A DNA stretch of 64,000 nt from Promethearchaeia archaeon (GTDB taxonomy: Archaea > Asgardarchaeota > Lokiarchaeia > Sigyniarchaeales > SOKP01), in the NCBI GenBank assembly GCA_029856145.1, contig JAHQWK010000004.1, forward strand, positions 160,001-224,000, in the 5' to 3' direction. Positions 1 through 11,073 of the stretch are shown here, in pieces. The first letter of the stretch is position 1. Every line of letters starts with the position of its first letter. The position numbers and the translations under genes were made by a program. A model generated the notes under the pieces. It did no database searches, was not told the origin of the DNA, and saw nothing but the letters and a program-made list of their open reading frames with translations.

Positions 1-874
1 AATTAAATGTGTCTCTATCGTTTCCCCAATTATCTTCACAGTATATATCTATTCCCAATGTTATAGTGAAATTAGAATGAGAAGGATCTTTCTCAAATGC
101 TGAATTTAATGCTGTTATTAACACACTTTCTCCATATATATATAGGAGACTATTATTTATTATCGAAGTAAGTCCATCTGAATCTACTCCTAAATCAACA
201 GTTCGATTGAAAGCTACTATATAAGGATTTATAAAATCAATATCTGAAATAAGAACGTAAAAAGTTACAAAATCTCCAATACCAAATTGATTAAGAGCAC
301 TTTCACCCAAAACATCCACACCCCCAGCAGAATCATCTCCCTGACCAACCACAGAAGCATTAAATACCACATCTAAGTCTGCAGAAGTAATTTCATATTT
401 TGACATATCTACTGGCATACTAATATTTTTCCTCCAGTGAACTCCAGGAAATTGATTGGAACGTTCATTCCATGAATGAGAAACATAACAACCAAATGAA
501 TCAATACTTGTAGTGTCTGGTAGGTAGTAATCAGGTTTTGCATATTCATACCAATTTGGTGAATCTGTTGAATTTGGAACGCCATATAATTGAAAAACGC
601 TCCTTTCTCCTAAAACATGAAAATTTCCCATACCACTGCTAATATTTGCATCTACAGATGAATTATCCCCTTGATCACCTTTTGTATAAAACCAGTTCTG
701 CTGAGTTGAAAAATCATTATTTTCTAACCATTGGGTTTGAGCAGAAAGATGAATCTCTTTTTGATCATTGTTTTCTAATGAATTCAATATATGATTAGAA
801 ATATTAGTTTGAGTTAAAAATATGAGAAAAACTATTGACACCAATAAATATTTTGTATTTTTCGTCTTTCTCAT
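1..874 (-). CDS. Secreted/membrane-anchored protein, paralog of 871..2502; 3' end runs off the window
   Basis: Not in ORF track. ATG at 874 overlaps the TGA of the upstream gene (ATGA). Reads MRKTKNTKYLLVSIVFLIFL (signal/TM) and shares NISMPVDMS, VxFNASV and NFTITLGxDIYCEDN with 871..2502. Confidence 0.85.
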   Translation of the reverse strand, partial: MRKTKNTKYLLVSIVFLIFLTQTNISNHILNSLENNDQKEIHLSAQTQWLENNDFSTQQNWFYTKGDQGDNSSVDANISSGMGNFHVLGERSVFQLYGVPNSTDSPNWYEYAKPDYYLPDTTSIDSFGCYVSHSWNERSNQFPGVHWRKNISMPVDMSKYEITSADLDVVFNASVVGQGDDSAGGVDVLGESALNQFGIGDFVTFYVLISDIDFINPYIVAFNRTVDLGVDSDGLTSIINNSLLYIYGESVLITALNSAFEKDPSHSNFTITLGIDIYCEDNWGNDRDTFN

Positions 875-2502
875 TGAATTACCCCTCCGTTATTGTATAT
901 ATTGCCTGGTTTTTCTTGATTAGGCTTTTCAATACTTAAATCTTTTTTCACTATAGCTTCGGACTCTAAATCTAAGATTTGTAACTTATTCTGTAAACTA
1001 CTATTTACAATTAAATCTCTTTGGTATAGCATTATAGGTTTAAGTTTCCTCCCTTTCCTAACCTTTTTCTTTAATTTTCTTATTTTTCTAACCATTGGAG
1101 GAAACTGAAAAATTTTAAAATACAATCCAAGAGCCGTAGCAAGGATAATGATTCCTGCACTTAATCCAATTATTACTGGAGTCCAATCCCCACCAACATG
1201 TATGATTGTGATATAGAGATATACATCATCAATAGAAATTTCAATCTCTTTATCTAAATTGAAATTATCAGCAAGAAATAACTGAATTGAGAGATTTACT
1301 CCTGAATTTAAGTCAATAAAATCAGTAATGTCAAGTCCTCCTAATTTCACCTCTTGAAATGATGCATTAGCAGAACTTAATTTTAAAGTTTGCCTATCAT
1401 AAAAAATATCATTCAAATAGATTCTAAATTCAGAAAGGGGAGCCGTTGTTGGCCAAGTATCATTTATCTTATATTTGAAATTTAAATTACCATCTGTTAT
1501 TCGAATATTTCTACCACTTACCTCTTCCCCTATTTGATTTAATGATAATGATGTAAAATAATCTATTTTCTTTTCATAAGTTATGGTAAGATTACAGGTT
1601 TTAAAGATCAAATAATTCCATAAATCTTGATCTCCTCCACCAGCAGCTTTATTATCTTCACAATATATATCTAAACCTAAAGTAATAGTAAAATTTTGAT
1701 TATCTGTCTGCAGAGCAGTATTTAAAGCGGCAATTAAGTCTGGCTCATTAACATAATTTAATTCTGTGTCATTAATTTCTAAAATATCTGGAAATCCAAC
1801 CCGATCACCTTGTCCTAAAGCAACATCACGAGTTTCGAAGCTAGCAACAGGAAACGGATAGGTATAATTTGTATCTGATAATTGAACATAAAAATTTGCT
1901 GAATCACCAATAAGGAATTTGTCCGCATCAATATAGAACGTATTTGAAGTATTATCCCAATCATTATAACTATCTACATTAATGTCAACACTTGCATTAA
2001 AGATGACTTCTAATGATGCATCAGTAATAACATAGTCAGACATATCAACTGGCATACTTATATTCGTTCTAAAATGAACACTTGGAAAATTATGTACTTG
2101 TCCAGGGCCCGTACTTTCATCTAAATAATGATAAACCCAACAACCATAGGATCTTATTTCTGAATCATCTGGAAGCATAAAATTACTATTGTTATATATT
2201 CCCCACCCGGGAGAAGTTGAACTATTAGGCGTCCCAGAAATTAATGTAAATGTTCTTTTTTCTCCAAGAATCCTATAGTTTGCTTGATTTTGACTTGCTA
2301 TTAGCTCAAGATCTGAATTATCACCTTCTGATCCATATTCCCAAAACCAATCTGGAGTGATAGGAGAATCTAGAGTTGGATTTTCCACCCACAATTCCGG
2401 TTCGGAAGGTTTAGGAGTTAATAAAATAAAAGATCCATAAATTAATGCCCCTATTACTACTACGCCAAGTATACTCCCGATTAATACTTTTTTATTTACC
2501 AA
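871..2502 (-). CDS. Surface protein with N-terminal and C-terminal TM helices and a basic cytoplasmic tail
   Basis: 543 aa; hydrophobic N-terminus; acidic Asn/Asp/Thr-rich ectodomain with N-x-S/T sequons; TM followed by FPPMVRKIRKLKKKVRKG; GAGGT SD before the TTG start. Confidence 0.8.
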   Translation of the reverse strand: MVNKKVLIGSILGVVVIGALIYGSFILLTPKPSEPELWVENPTLDSPITPDWFWEYGSEGDNSDLELIASQNQANYRILGEKRTFTLISGTPNSSTSPGWGIYNNSNFMLPDDSEIRSYGCWVYHYLDESTGPGQVHNFPSVHFRTNISMPVDMSDYVITDASLEVIFNASVDINVDSYNDWDNTSNTFYIDADKFLIGDSANFYVQLSDTNYTYPFPVASFETRDVALGQGDRVGFPDILEINDTELNYVNEPDLIAALNTALQTDNQNFTITLGLDIYCEDNKAAGGGDQDLWNYLIFKTCNLTITYEKKIDYFTSLSLNQIGEEVSGRNIRITDGNLNFKYKINDTWPTTAPLSEFRIYLNDIFYDRQTLKLSSANASFQEVKLGGLDITDFIDLNSGVNLSIQLFLADNFNLDKEIEISIDDVYLYITIIHVGGDWTPVIIGLSAGIIILATALGLYFKIFQFPPMVRKIRKLKKKVRKGRKLKPIMLYQRDLIVNSSLQNKLQILDLESEAIVKKDLSIEKPNQEKPGNIYNNGGVIQ

Positions 2503-2687
2503 ATCTGTTTACCTCAATATCTACAATTTGGGATGCAATTATAAAATTGGAATCTTATTTAGATATCACTTTTATAATATCAAGATCTTGGTTGCTTATT
2601 CCAGTTTTTCACTACTTTTATAGGATAATAGTAGCAATATGCCATATAAAAATCTTCTTCTATTTAAATTTACATCTATCATTATTT

Positions 2688-3491
2688 TTATAAAGCACTT
2701 TTTACAAATCCGCCATCAACTTGTATTACCGTCCCAGTAATGTAACTTGCCTTTTCAGATGCTAAGAATACTACTAAATTTGCTAGTTCTTCAGGCTTTC
2801 CTAATCGTCCTAATGGTATAGGATCTATCCACGTTTTCTCAACTTCTTCATAAGATTTACCTGTCTCTTTAACTGTTTTACGTATCAATTCTTTCATACG
2901 ATCTGTTAAGGTCGGACCAGGACATACAACATTCACTAATATATTATGATCACCATACTCATTAGCAAGTGTTTTCGCAAAGCCTACAATGCCTAAACGT
3001 GTTGTGTTAGATAAAACAAGATTGTTTAAAGGTTGTTTAACTGAGACCGATGTAATCGCAATAATCCTTCCGGACTTTTGTTTCCGCATAATAGGAATTA
3101 TTAAATCAGTTATACGAACTATTGAAAGGAGATTTAAATCAATTGAATTTTTCCAGTCTTCTTTCGTAATGTTCTCTATAGTCCCAGAAGGAGGTCCTCC
3201 AGCATTATGGACTAGAATATCAATCTTACCAAATTCATTTAATGTTTTTTCTACAAGATTATTTAGTTGATATTCATGCCTTAAATCAGCCACAATAGGA
3301 AAGACTTTATTATTTGAATTCTTTGAATCTATCTTTTCTATTTTTTCTTTTGCGATTTTAAGGTTTTCTTCAGAACGACTACATATTACAACATTAGCTC
3401 CCTCTTTATAAAGTCCACTTGCGCAAGCAAGCCCTAAACCTTTACTGGATGCTAGTACTAAAGCAACTTTATTTTCTAATCCTAAATTCAT
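2688..3491 (-). CDS. Short-chain dehydrogenase/reductase (FabG-like SDR)
   Basis: ASSKGLG Rossmann variant, HNAGG, NVVCPG, PLGRLGKPEE, YITGTVIQVDGG. The catalytic YxxxK position reads SNTTR, an atypical variant. Confidence 0.9.
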   Translation of the reverse strand: MNLGLENKVALVLASSKGLGLACASGLYKEGANVVICSRSEENLKIAKEKIEKIDSKNSNNKVFPIVADLRHEYQLNNLVEKTLNEFGKIDILVHNAGGPPSGTIENITKEDWKNSIDLNLLSIVRITDLIIPIMRKQKSGRIIAITSVSVKQPLNNLVLSNTTRLGIVGFAKTLANEYGDHNILVNVVCPGPTLTDRMKELIRKTVKETGKSYEEVEKTWIDPIPLGRLGKPEELANLVVFLASEKASYITGTVIQVDGGFVKSAL

Positions 3492-3509
3492 TCTTAATAA
3501 TCATCCTCA

Positions 3510-3722
3510 TTATTTCGAATCTGAAATGAAACCTGTGAATTTAGCACATTTTCGGAAAAATTTATTACACCTACTACAATTTTCAGCACTTATACACTCA
3601 ATAGCATAAGGACAAGTGATTTGTTTTTTGTCTAATTTTATCATGACTCTATGTAATCTGTTCTGTATTTCATTTCTCACAGCATTACACCACATATCCC
3701 CGGTTTTCACATCTAATTTCAT
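3510..3722 (-). CDS. Small Cys-rich protein, possibly metal-binding
   Basis: 70 aa with CPYAIEC-x5-CSRC-x6-C; co-oriented 18 bp upstream of the SDR. Confidence 0.6.
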   Translation of the reverse strand: MKLDVKTGDMWCNAVRNEIQNRLHRVMIKLDKKQITCPYAIECISAENCSRCNKFFRKCAKFTGFISDSK

Positions 3723-3947
3723 TTCTAATTATACTATCTCTTTAATAATATAAGAAAAATATCTTTCATTAAAATTATTAGCTTTTTAATATAATACTTC
3801 TAAAATCTACCTCTTAAAAACGAGTTTTCCTAAATTTCCTATGAAAGATTTTAAAAAGATAGTTTTATAAATTCAAATAATTATAATAGTTTTAAAGATT
3901 GAAGAATATATTATTAAATATCTAAACATAATTTGTATAAAAGGTGT

Positions 3948-4409
3948 ATGAGTATTAGTATTGACACGAAAAGTTTCGATAACATTCTCAGCAAGATTAT
4001 AAAGAGTGAAAGTGGCATTAAAAAAGTAATTTTGGTCGATAGAACGGGATTAACTATTGCAAGTGTCTCGAAATTCTCCTATTTCCCAGCTGATGTTGAT
4101 GGGATTGGTGCTATTGCGAGTGCAGTTTTTTGCGCCTCTGAAGAACAAGGTAAAAATCTAGAGCTTGGTAATCTTGAAATTGTCACTTCAGAATTTATCG
4201 GAGGTAAAATCTTTGCATCGTCGTGTGGTCCTAAAGGTGTATTAACACTTATATCTGATCCGGAGATCAACATTGGATTAATTAGGCTTATTTTGAAACG
4301 ATCCGGAGATGAGTTAAAGGATATTCTAGATGAATTTTTATCAGAAACCGTTGATGTTATGGATAGTGGCTTAGATTTATCAGATCTTGACTCACTTACA
4401 CCAGATTAA
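3948..4409 (+). CDS. Roadblock/LC7 (MglB/LAMTOR-like) protein
   Basis: IKKVILVDRTGLTIAS...GAIASAVF...NIGLIRLILKR roadblock pattern. ATG at 3948 preferred over TTG at 3933. Confidence 0.85.
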   Translation: MSISIDTKSFDNILSKIIKSESGIKKVILVDRTGLTIASVSKFSYFPADVDGIGAIASAVFCASEEQGKNLELGNLEIVTSEFIGGKIFASSCGPKGVLTLISDPEINIGLIRLILKRSGDELKDILDEFLSETVDVMDSGLDLSDLDSLTPD

Positions 4410-4548
4410 AAAATATCGTTTTTAATCTAAATTTATTTTATTTGAAATAAACTTAATCTCTCAAATTTCTATAAATTGAATTTGTTGTCTGAAGTTCATT
4501 TATTTAAGTTTACAATGAAAATTAAAAAAAAAAAAAGTAAATTTCTAC

Positions 4549-5052
4549 CTAATTATATAACATTATTAAGAGAGAGCATGATTCTATACGATTTCCACCT
4601 GGAGCACCCAGAGTCCCTGCACCATAAGATCGTACTGATATGGTATACGTGTTTGCAGCCAAATTTAATAGATTATCCTGTGTTGTGAGAGAAAGCCTTG
4701 TATTTACTATTGAAGGTATATCGGCAACGGTTCTAACAGAACTTGTTATTTGAAGTCCATTGTAATATAAACTTACAGTAAGTTGCTCAGGTGTTGCTGA
4801 ATTTCTTAAAATTACTTCACATTCAAATAATATGTGTAAATTTTGACCTTCTCGTACATCAACGTCTATTGATGTTACTTCTGTATATGTCCCTGTGGGA
4901 TACCAGGGGACAGATCTCTCAGTATAATATATATTTTCTATTTTCGAGTATGGTGTTGTTATTATATCTTTTATAACAGTATAAGATCCAAGGCTCACTG
5001 CGATTAGACTTATTAATAATGTAACTATAGTTAAACCTTTTCTATTTCCCAA
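4549..5052 (-). CDS. Small membrane-anchored beta-rich protein
   Basis: N-terminal TM (LTIVTLLISLIAVSLG), beta-strand-rich remainder, GGTG SD before TTG. Confidence 0.65.
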   Translation of the reverse strand: MGNRKGLTIVTLLISLIAVSLGSYTVIKDIITTPYSKIENIYYTERSVPWYPTGTYTEVTSIDVDVREGQNLHILFECEVILRNSATPEQLTVSLYYNGLQITSSVRTVADIPSIVNTRLSLTTQDNLLNLAANTYTISVRSYGAGTLGAPGGNRIESCSLLIMLYN

Positions 5053-5396
5053 ATTTAATTCACCTTTTATGGTAAATTTTCTATTATTTTATAATTAAAA
5101 ATTAATTAATGGATAAGACAACCTTTATATAAATAATTAGCTATAAGGTAAATTTTACTTTTTGTTCTTTAGATCTTTATATACCTTTAATTGTTAAGAT
5201 TCAAAAATCGCGAGTTTCGATACTTTTATCGAGAGTTTGTTGAATTAATTCCCTTCTAGCTTTTATTACAGCTTCACTTTTCTAAACCATTATAAAAAAA
5301 AATAATTTTTGTAGGATTTAAAATAGAGGAGAGTTATATATTATTCTGTTAGAAATTGAGAAAAAAAATTAAAATAAAAAAAAAGAAAAAAGAATT

Positions 5397-6887
5397 TTAT
5401 GTTTTAGGTTTTCGTTTTCTAATGAAATAAATTCCAATAATCGCTCCAAGAGCAGCGCTTTCAATAATAACAAAAACTAATAAGACAATACTCAAGGTCA
5501 CCGTGTCTATTCCTGGGAGTCCCGCAGTACATATATTATTTTCAAATAAATTTCCGGTACTTCCTCCTGTTTCATTGTAACATACCAAATTCCCTAACAA
5601 AATATTATTGGCAATTATATTATTATCGCTATTATCTAAATATGTACCGTTCCTGTTATTATTCGCTGTGTTAGATATAATCGAATTTGAGTTACTATCT
5701 AATAAATGGATTCCATTCTTTTCATTATTATTAGCTGTATTTTCTACTAATGCGATATTATTGCTTGTTTCTAACAAGATTCCATGTTCTTCATTATTTG
5801 TTGCTAAATTATTCATTAGCAAATTATTATGACTATTAAAAACTACATGAATTCCACTTAAGTTATTGTATTGTATAGTGTTAGATTTTAAAATGCTTCT
5901 TAGACTAGAATATAATCTTATCCCATCTAAACCATTATGATGAGCGTTATTATTCTCTATTACACAATCGTCTGGATTGTTCACGAATATTCCATTTTGT
6001 TTATTTTCATAAACTGTGTTTTGAGAGCATATAAGACTATTTCCGCCATCAAGAATAATTCCATGTAATACATTTCCGTAAACTAAATTATTGGAAATAG
6101 TTGTTTCATCACAGGAATCAATTTCAATTCCATTTTGACCATTAAGATTAGCTGTATTACCTGAGATAGTATTATAATCACTATTTGAAGTTAAAGAAAT
6201 TCCATTTATATTTTCATTCTCGTTTGCTTGATTATAAGAAATGGTATTAGAAGTACTCTGGGTGAGAAATATTCCGTGGTTAAAATTTGCAGAGGCGTTA
6301 TTATTTGAAATGGTGTTATGATGAGAATTTGATAGGCGTAAACCTTCATTATTTCCATATATATGATTGCCACTAACTTCTGTGTTATTCACAAACGATA
6401 ACTCAATACCTCTTAAACAATTGTATACGAAGCTATTAATAATTTCACCATTGGTTACATTGTTTAGATATAATCCAGATTCCAGAGAGTCTGAATTTCT
6501 AAATATACAATCTCTAATAATAAAATAATCTCTTGAATTAAATATTCTTAAGCAGTCATCAAATGCAACACCATTATCAAAAATATGATTTCGAATTAAA
6601 TAAGGACTTGCAGGTGTACCATATCCTGTACAAATTCCAATATCTTTTGCCCAAGTCCAATTGCCAGAACTTGTAGTGTTAGTGGTGGCTAACGCATCAA
6701 TTTCAATATCAACAAATGTAGAAGCAATCTTTGGTAATATTGTATCGTAATCATTTTCATATTTAATCGTAGTATTTGAAACATGGAAATTGAAACCTAT
6801 TGAAAACCCCAAAATTGAACATGCTAAAAAAATTGTAAATAAAACCGCAATTTTTTGTTTTTTTCTATTGATCATTAGTTTAACCAT
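5397..6887 (-). CDS. Right-handed parallel beta-helix (NosD/CASH-like) surface protein with C-terminal TM
   Basis: Many GIxLxxSxxNxIxxNxAxxN repeats, GTPASPYLI motif, signal peptide, TM plus RKRKPKT tail. Confidence 0.9.
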   Translation of the reverse strand: MVKLMINRKKQKIAVLFTIFLACSILGFSIGFNFHVSNTTIKYENDYDTILPKIASTFVDIEIDALATTNTTSSGNWTWAKDIGICTGYGTPASPYLIRNHIFDNGVAFDDCLRIFNSRDYFIIRDCIFRNSDSLESGLYLNNVTNGEIINSFVYNCLRGIELSFVNNTEVSGNHIYGNNEGLRLSNSHHNTISNNNASANFNHGIFLTQSTSNTISYNQANENENINGISLTSNSDYNTISGNTANLNGQNGIEIDSCDETTISNNLVYGNVLHGIILDGGNSLICSQNTVYENKQNGIFVNNPDDCVIENNNAHHNGLDGIRLYSSLRSILKSNTIQYNNLSGIHVVFNSHNNLLMNNLATNNEEHGILLETSNNIALVENTANNNEKNGIHLLDSNSNSIISNTANNNRNGTYLDNSDNNIIANNILLGNLVCYNETGGSTGNLFENNICTAGLPGIDTVTLSIVLLVFVIIESAALGAIIGIYFIRKRKPKT

Positions 6888-7010
6888 TTTTTAGTAAATA
6901 GTATGTAATTGAATATAGATATGATATAAAAAGGATTTAGGAATGATTCTTCCCAATTAAACTAAAAATGCCCTAAAATTATATTTAGAAAAAAAATAAA
7001 AAGAAGAAGT

Positions 7011-8756
7011 TTAGGTTTTAGGTTTTCGTTTTCTGACAAAATATACAGCAATTATTACTCCGATAAAAGCACCTTCAATAATACAAAGAATCAATAACAC
7101 TGTACTCAAATCTATTGCTGGGCCGCCAATTGCTCCAGTACAAATATTACCCTCAAAGATATTTCCTGAGCTTCCTGTTTCGTTATAACATACGATATTA
7201 CCTAATAAGATATTGTTAATGATTTTATTGTTATTACTCGTGTCCAGAAATGTACCGTTTTTATTATTATTAGCAGTATTTGTAATAATAGTATTATCAT
7301 TGCTTGTGAGTAAATGAATCCCATTCTCACCATTATTACTCGCTGTGTTACCTGAAATAATATTGTTATCACTATTCATCAGAAATACTCCATGTTCAAC
7401 ATTATTAGATGCTAAATTATTTAATAATAGGTTATCATCACTATTTGTATGAATGTATATTCCACTTAAATTATTATACTGGAAAGTATTAGATTTTATG
7501 AGATTTCTTAGAGATCCACCATCTAGAAGAAAACCATTCATACCATTATGATGCGCATTATTATCTTCGATTATACTATCAGTTATAAGAGAATAATAGA
7601 TTCCAGAATTTTTATTTTCATAAACTGTATTCATAGTACAACTCATATTAATCCCGAGGCCTGTAAAAATTCCATAACCGCTATTATTATAAGCTGTATT
7701 TTTATATATAATAGAGTCAATACAAAACGCTGCATAAAGTCCTGTCCCTGTGTTATGCTTCACTAAATTCTGAATATACTCATTATTATCAGCGAAACCA
7801 GCACTTATTCCATTATTACCATTAGATTTTGCTGTGTTTTTAGAAACAGTATTGAAATCACTTCCCGAAGTCAATGATATACCATTAACATCATTCTTAT
7901 TAGCAGTATTAGATATTATCGTATTCCTATCTCCATCACCAATAAGAATTCCATTATCTGTATTATCATTAGCTTCATTATAAGAAATGGTGTTGTAACT
8001 AGCTGTATCAATACTAATCCCGCTTTGACCATTACGATTGGCTGTATTGTGCAAAATATCATTGTTATCGCTATTTAAAACAATCCAGATTCCGGGAAAA
8101 TTTTGATTATCGTTTAGAAGATTATAGGAGATGGTGTTAAAAGTACTCTGAGTGAGGTATAATCCAATATCTATATTTGCCGATATATTATTATTAGAAA
8201 TAGTGTTAAAATGAGAATTATCTACTGTTAATCCAGCAGTAGTAATGTAAATATGATTTCCATCTAAAACAGTATTATTTACAAATTCCATCTCAATTCC
8301 TATATAGTTATCATAAGAAAAACTGTCAATGACCCTTCCATTAGTAACATTGCTTAAATAAAGTCCGGCCGACATGAAACCAGCGTTTATAAAGGTACAA
8401 TCTTGAATGATAAAATATTCTCTTGAATTTAAGATCCTTAAACAATCATCCATTGCTAAAGCATTATCAAAAGTATGCCCTTGAATTCTGTAAGGATTTC
8501 CAAGTGTGCCCAATCCTGTACACAGTCCAATATCTTTTGCCCATGTCCAATTACCATTGGTTGAAGTATTTGTAGTTAATAGTGCATCAATTGTAATATC
8601 ACCAAAAGTAGCTGCAATTCTCAACGAATCATTATCATAATCCCCATTAATTTCTCTAGAAGTATAAAAATTAGTGCTTACAGTGAGCGCCATGATTGTG
8701 CTTGTTAAAAAAATTGTTACAAAAAATGCAAGTTTTTGGTTTTTTCTATTTAACAT
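7011..8756 (-). CDS. Right-handed parallel beta-helix surface protein, tandem paralog of 5397..6887
   Basis: Same WTWAKDIGxCTGxGT, DDCLRIxNSR and CYNETG motifs and RKRKPKT end, with extra beta-helix coils. Confidence 0.9.
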   Translation of the reverse strand: MLNRKNQKLAFFVTIFLTSTIMALTVSTNFYTSREINGDYDNDSLRIAATFGDITIDALLTTNTSTNGNWTWAKDIGLCTGLGTLGNPYRIQGHTFDNALAMDDCLRILNSREYFIIQDCTFINAGFMSAGLYLSNVTNGRVIDSFSYDNYIGIEMEFVNNTVLDGNHIYITTAGLTVDNSHFNTISNNNISANIDIGLYLTQSTFNTISYNLLNDNQNFPGIWIVLNSDNNDILHNTANRNGQSGISIDTASYNTISYNEANDNTDNGILIGDGDRNTIISNTANKNDVNGISLTSGSDFNTVSKNTAKSNGNNGISAGFADNNEYIQNLVKHNTGTGLYAAFCIDSIIYKNTAYNNSGYGIFTGLGINMSCTMNTVYENKNSGIYYSLITDSIIEDNNAHHNGMNGFLLDGGSLRNLIKSNTFQYNNLSGIYIHTNSDDNLLLNNLASNNVEHGVFLMNSDNNIISGNTASNNGENGIHLLTSNDNTIITNTANNNKNGTFLDTSNNNKIINNILLGNIVCYNETGSSGNIFEGNICTGAIGGPAIDLSTVLLILCIIEGAFIGVIIAVYFVRKRKPKT

Positions 8757-8933
8757 TAAATTAACCCTTTTTATGTAAAGACAGTATGTAAATTAACACC
8801 ATTCAAATATATAAATCTATTACATAAGATTCTTCATTTATCAAAGCATCAAAATCAGAATTCTTGTAAGAATTTGAAGGTGTAAGTCAGAAAAATCACA
8901 AAAGTTTTTCAAGAGTATATCCTAAAAAAATTT

Positions 8934-9881
8934 ATGTCATTTGATTTTGTGAAAAAATTAGATTTTGAATCAGAATTCTTTGATCTCTATAAACTTTCAG
9001 AAAGTGCTTATGGCGCGATTGGTAAAGAAAATTCTGGTATGGGTGGAAATGCTGGGTTCATTGATATTGAAGACTATTTGATAATTATCGATACTACTGC
9101 AAATGTAGACGCTGCTAAAGATTTAAAAAAAGCAGCTATCCAATACACTCAAAAAGAGCCTAATTTTATTGTAATTACCCATTATCATATGGATCATCTT
9201 ATGGGAACATCATTGTTTGATAAATCAACTCAAATAATGACATCTGATCGAACCCTTAAAAATATTCAAACAGATGGTAAGAAAAGAATTGAAGAGTATA
9301 AGAATATGGATCTAACCGAAATGGAAGATACTCTTAAAAATGAAACAGATGAGGCGAAGAAGAAAGATATTGAAAATGATCTTAAATTTCTTAAGGCTGT
9401 TCGTTCAGATGATTTTTCTCTTCGAGAACCTAATCTTACATTTAAGGAAGGTTGTGTCATATATGGAAAAGGAGAGTCTGTTCAGTTGAGAACTTTTAAA
9501 AAAGCTCATACTGATGGAGATGTAATAGTATATATCCCTGAGGAAAAAGTATTATTTGCCGGAGATCTTTTATTTGCACGTGAAGATCCCTGGCTAGGTT
9601 CTGGAGATCCTGAAGGATGGATTTCTGTAAATGATGAAATAATGACATTAGATTTTAAAGTTGTAGTTCCTGGACACGGTGAATTAGCTTCTAAAGAACA
9701 ATTTTCCCTTGAAAATAAATATATTAAAGAAATTCTCGATTTAGTTAAAAAACGTATTGATGCTGGAGAAGATCCAACACAATTAAAAAGAGAGGATTTT
9801 TCAGACGAGTTACAATCCTTTGATAGCCAACTTTTAGAATGGAATCTTAATTTTCTCGCCGAATTCTTAAAAAAGTCCTAA
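8934..9881 (+). CDS. Metallo-beta-lactamase-fold hydrolase (cyclase-like)
   Basis: THYHMDH, AHTDGD, FAGDL, VPGHG motifs. Confidence 0.9.
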   Translation: MSFDFVKKLDFESEFFDLYKLSESAYGAIGKENSGMGGNAGFIDIEDYLIIIDTTANVDAAKDLKKAAIQYTQKEPNFIVITHYHMDHLMGTSLFDKSTQIMTSDRTLKNIQTDGKKRIEEYKNMDLTEMEDTLKNETDEAKKKDIENDLKFLKAVRSDDFSLREPNLTFKEGCVIYGKGESVQLRTFKKAHTDGDVIVYIPEEKVLFAGDLLFAREDPWLGSGDPEGWISVNDEIMTLDFKVVVPGHGELASKEQFSLENKYIKEILDLVKKRIDAGEDPTQLKREDFSDELQSFDSQLLEWNLNFLAEFLKKS

Positions 9882-10101
9882 TTATATTTTTAATTTTTTT
9901 TGAAGAAAGTTATGTTCTTTTATAATCGTTGAATATTATTTGTAAATACGATAATTTAACCATACTCTTTTCTAAATAAGAAAAAATTAGTTCAAATATT
10001 ATGTAAAGTTCATGTGAAGTTTATCAAATTAATCTATAAATAAATGTATTACATTTTATCATTTATTTACACAATTCTGATAAATTTAAAGGAAATATAA
10101 A

Positions 10102-10941
10102 ATGAATTATAAAAAAATAGATTTTAAATCAAATTATTTTGATCTTTTTGAATTAGTAGAAGGAATTTATGCCGCAATATCCAAAAATGATTCTGGAGCA
10201 AGCGTAAGTGCCGGATTCTTTGATTTAGGTAATTATCTAATTGTATTTGATACTCATATATATCCAGGTGCTACTCACGATTTATATAAAGCAATAAAAG
10301 AATTATATGATAAAGATCCCTCATTTATTATTAATAGCCATTATCACAGTGATCATATGTTTGGTAATTACCTCTTTCCAGAGAACATTCCAATTATGAG
10401 TACCCCTCTTACATTGGAAAAAATCAAAGAAGTATGCTGTGATCAGCTTAAACATTTTAGGGAAACCGCAGATGAAGAAATACTAAAACGTAAGGAAATG
10501 TTAAAATCTGAAGATGCTCCTTTTGGCGAGATTGAAATTTATAATGACTTAGAATTCTATAAATATGTAAAAGATCCAAATTTCAACATCAGATTACCAG
10601 ATTTCTTGATTAAAGATGAAATAATAATAAATGGAACCAAAAAGACTGTTCATTTGATTCCTTACGGTGTTGGACATACAGAATCTGACATTATCGCTTA
10701 TTTTCCAAATGAAAAAATCTGTTTTATGGGGGATTTATTATTTGCTGATTTGGACGAGAGCTGGGCACCAAACGAAACTGGAAGATTTAATGCCGTTAAT
10801 CCATCAAATTTATACAAAATTCTGAAATCTATAATAGAGAAAGATATTGAGATTTATGTGCCGGGACACGGAGAGCTATCAAAAAAAGATGCTGTTCAAA
10901 TGAATATAGACTTTATAAAAAAATATTTTATTGAACAATGA
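10102..10941 (+). CDS. Metallo-beta-lactamase-fold hydrolase, tandem paralog
   Basis: SHYHSDH, GHTESD, FMGDL, VPGHG motifs; N-terminus similar to 8934..9881. Confidence 0.9.
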   Translation: MNYKKIDFKSNYFDLFELVEGIYAAISKNDSGASVSAGFFDLGNYLIVFDTHIYPGATHDLYKAIKELYDKDPSFIINSHYHSDHMFGNYLFPENIPIMSTPLTLEKIKEVCCDQLKHFRETADEEILKRKEMLKSEDAPFGEIEIYNDLEFYKYVKDPNFNIRLPDFLIKDEIIINGTKKTVHLIPYGVGHTESDIIAYFPNEKICFMGDLLFADLDESWAPNETGRFNAVNPSNLYKILKSIIEKDIEIYVPGHGELSKKDAVQMNIDFIKKYFIEQ

Positions 10942-11073
10942 ATGGATTAGATAGCTATATTCCCTTTTAGTATGAATAATAAGTGGTTAAGTTTCAATTT
11001 TAAGTATTAGACATTTTTGATCAATCCGCTATGTTGATGCTTAATTTTATTTCTCTCTAAACCTAAAAACAAG

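Noticed and set aside
5201-5290. Short minus-strand frame ATG GTT TAG ... (MV*KSEAVIKARRELIQQTLDKSIETRDF), possible amber readthrough
   Set aside because: Only 29 codons, no SD, no pyrrolysine genes in view; more likely a relic or chance.
5397-8756. nosD / nitrous-oxide reductase function
   Set aside because: Only the generic beta-helix repeat is shared; there is no nosZ, nosF or nosY nearby.
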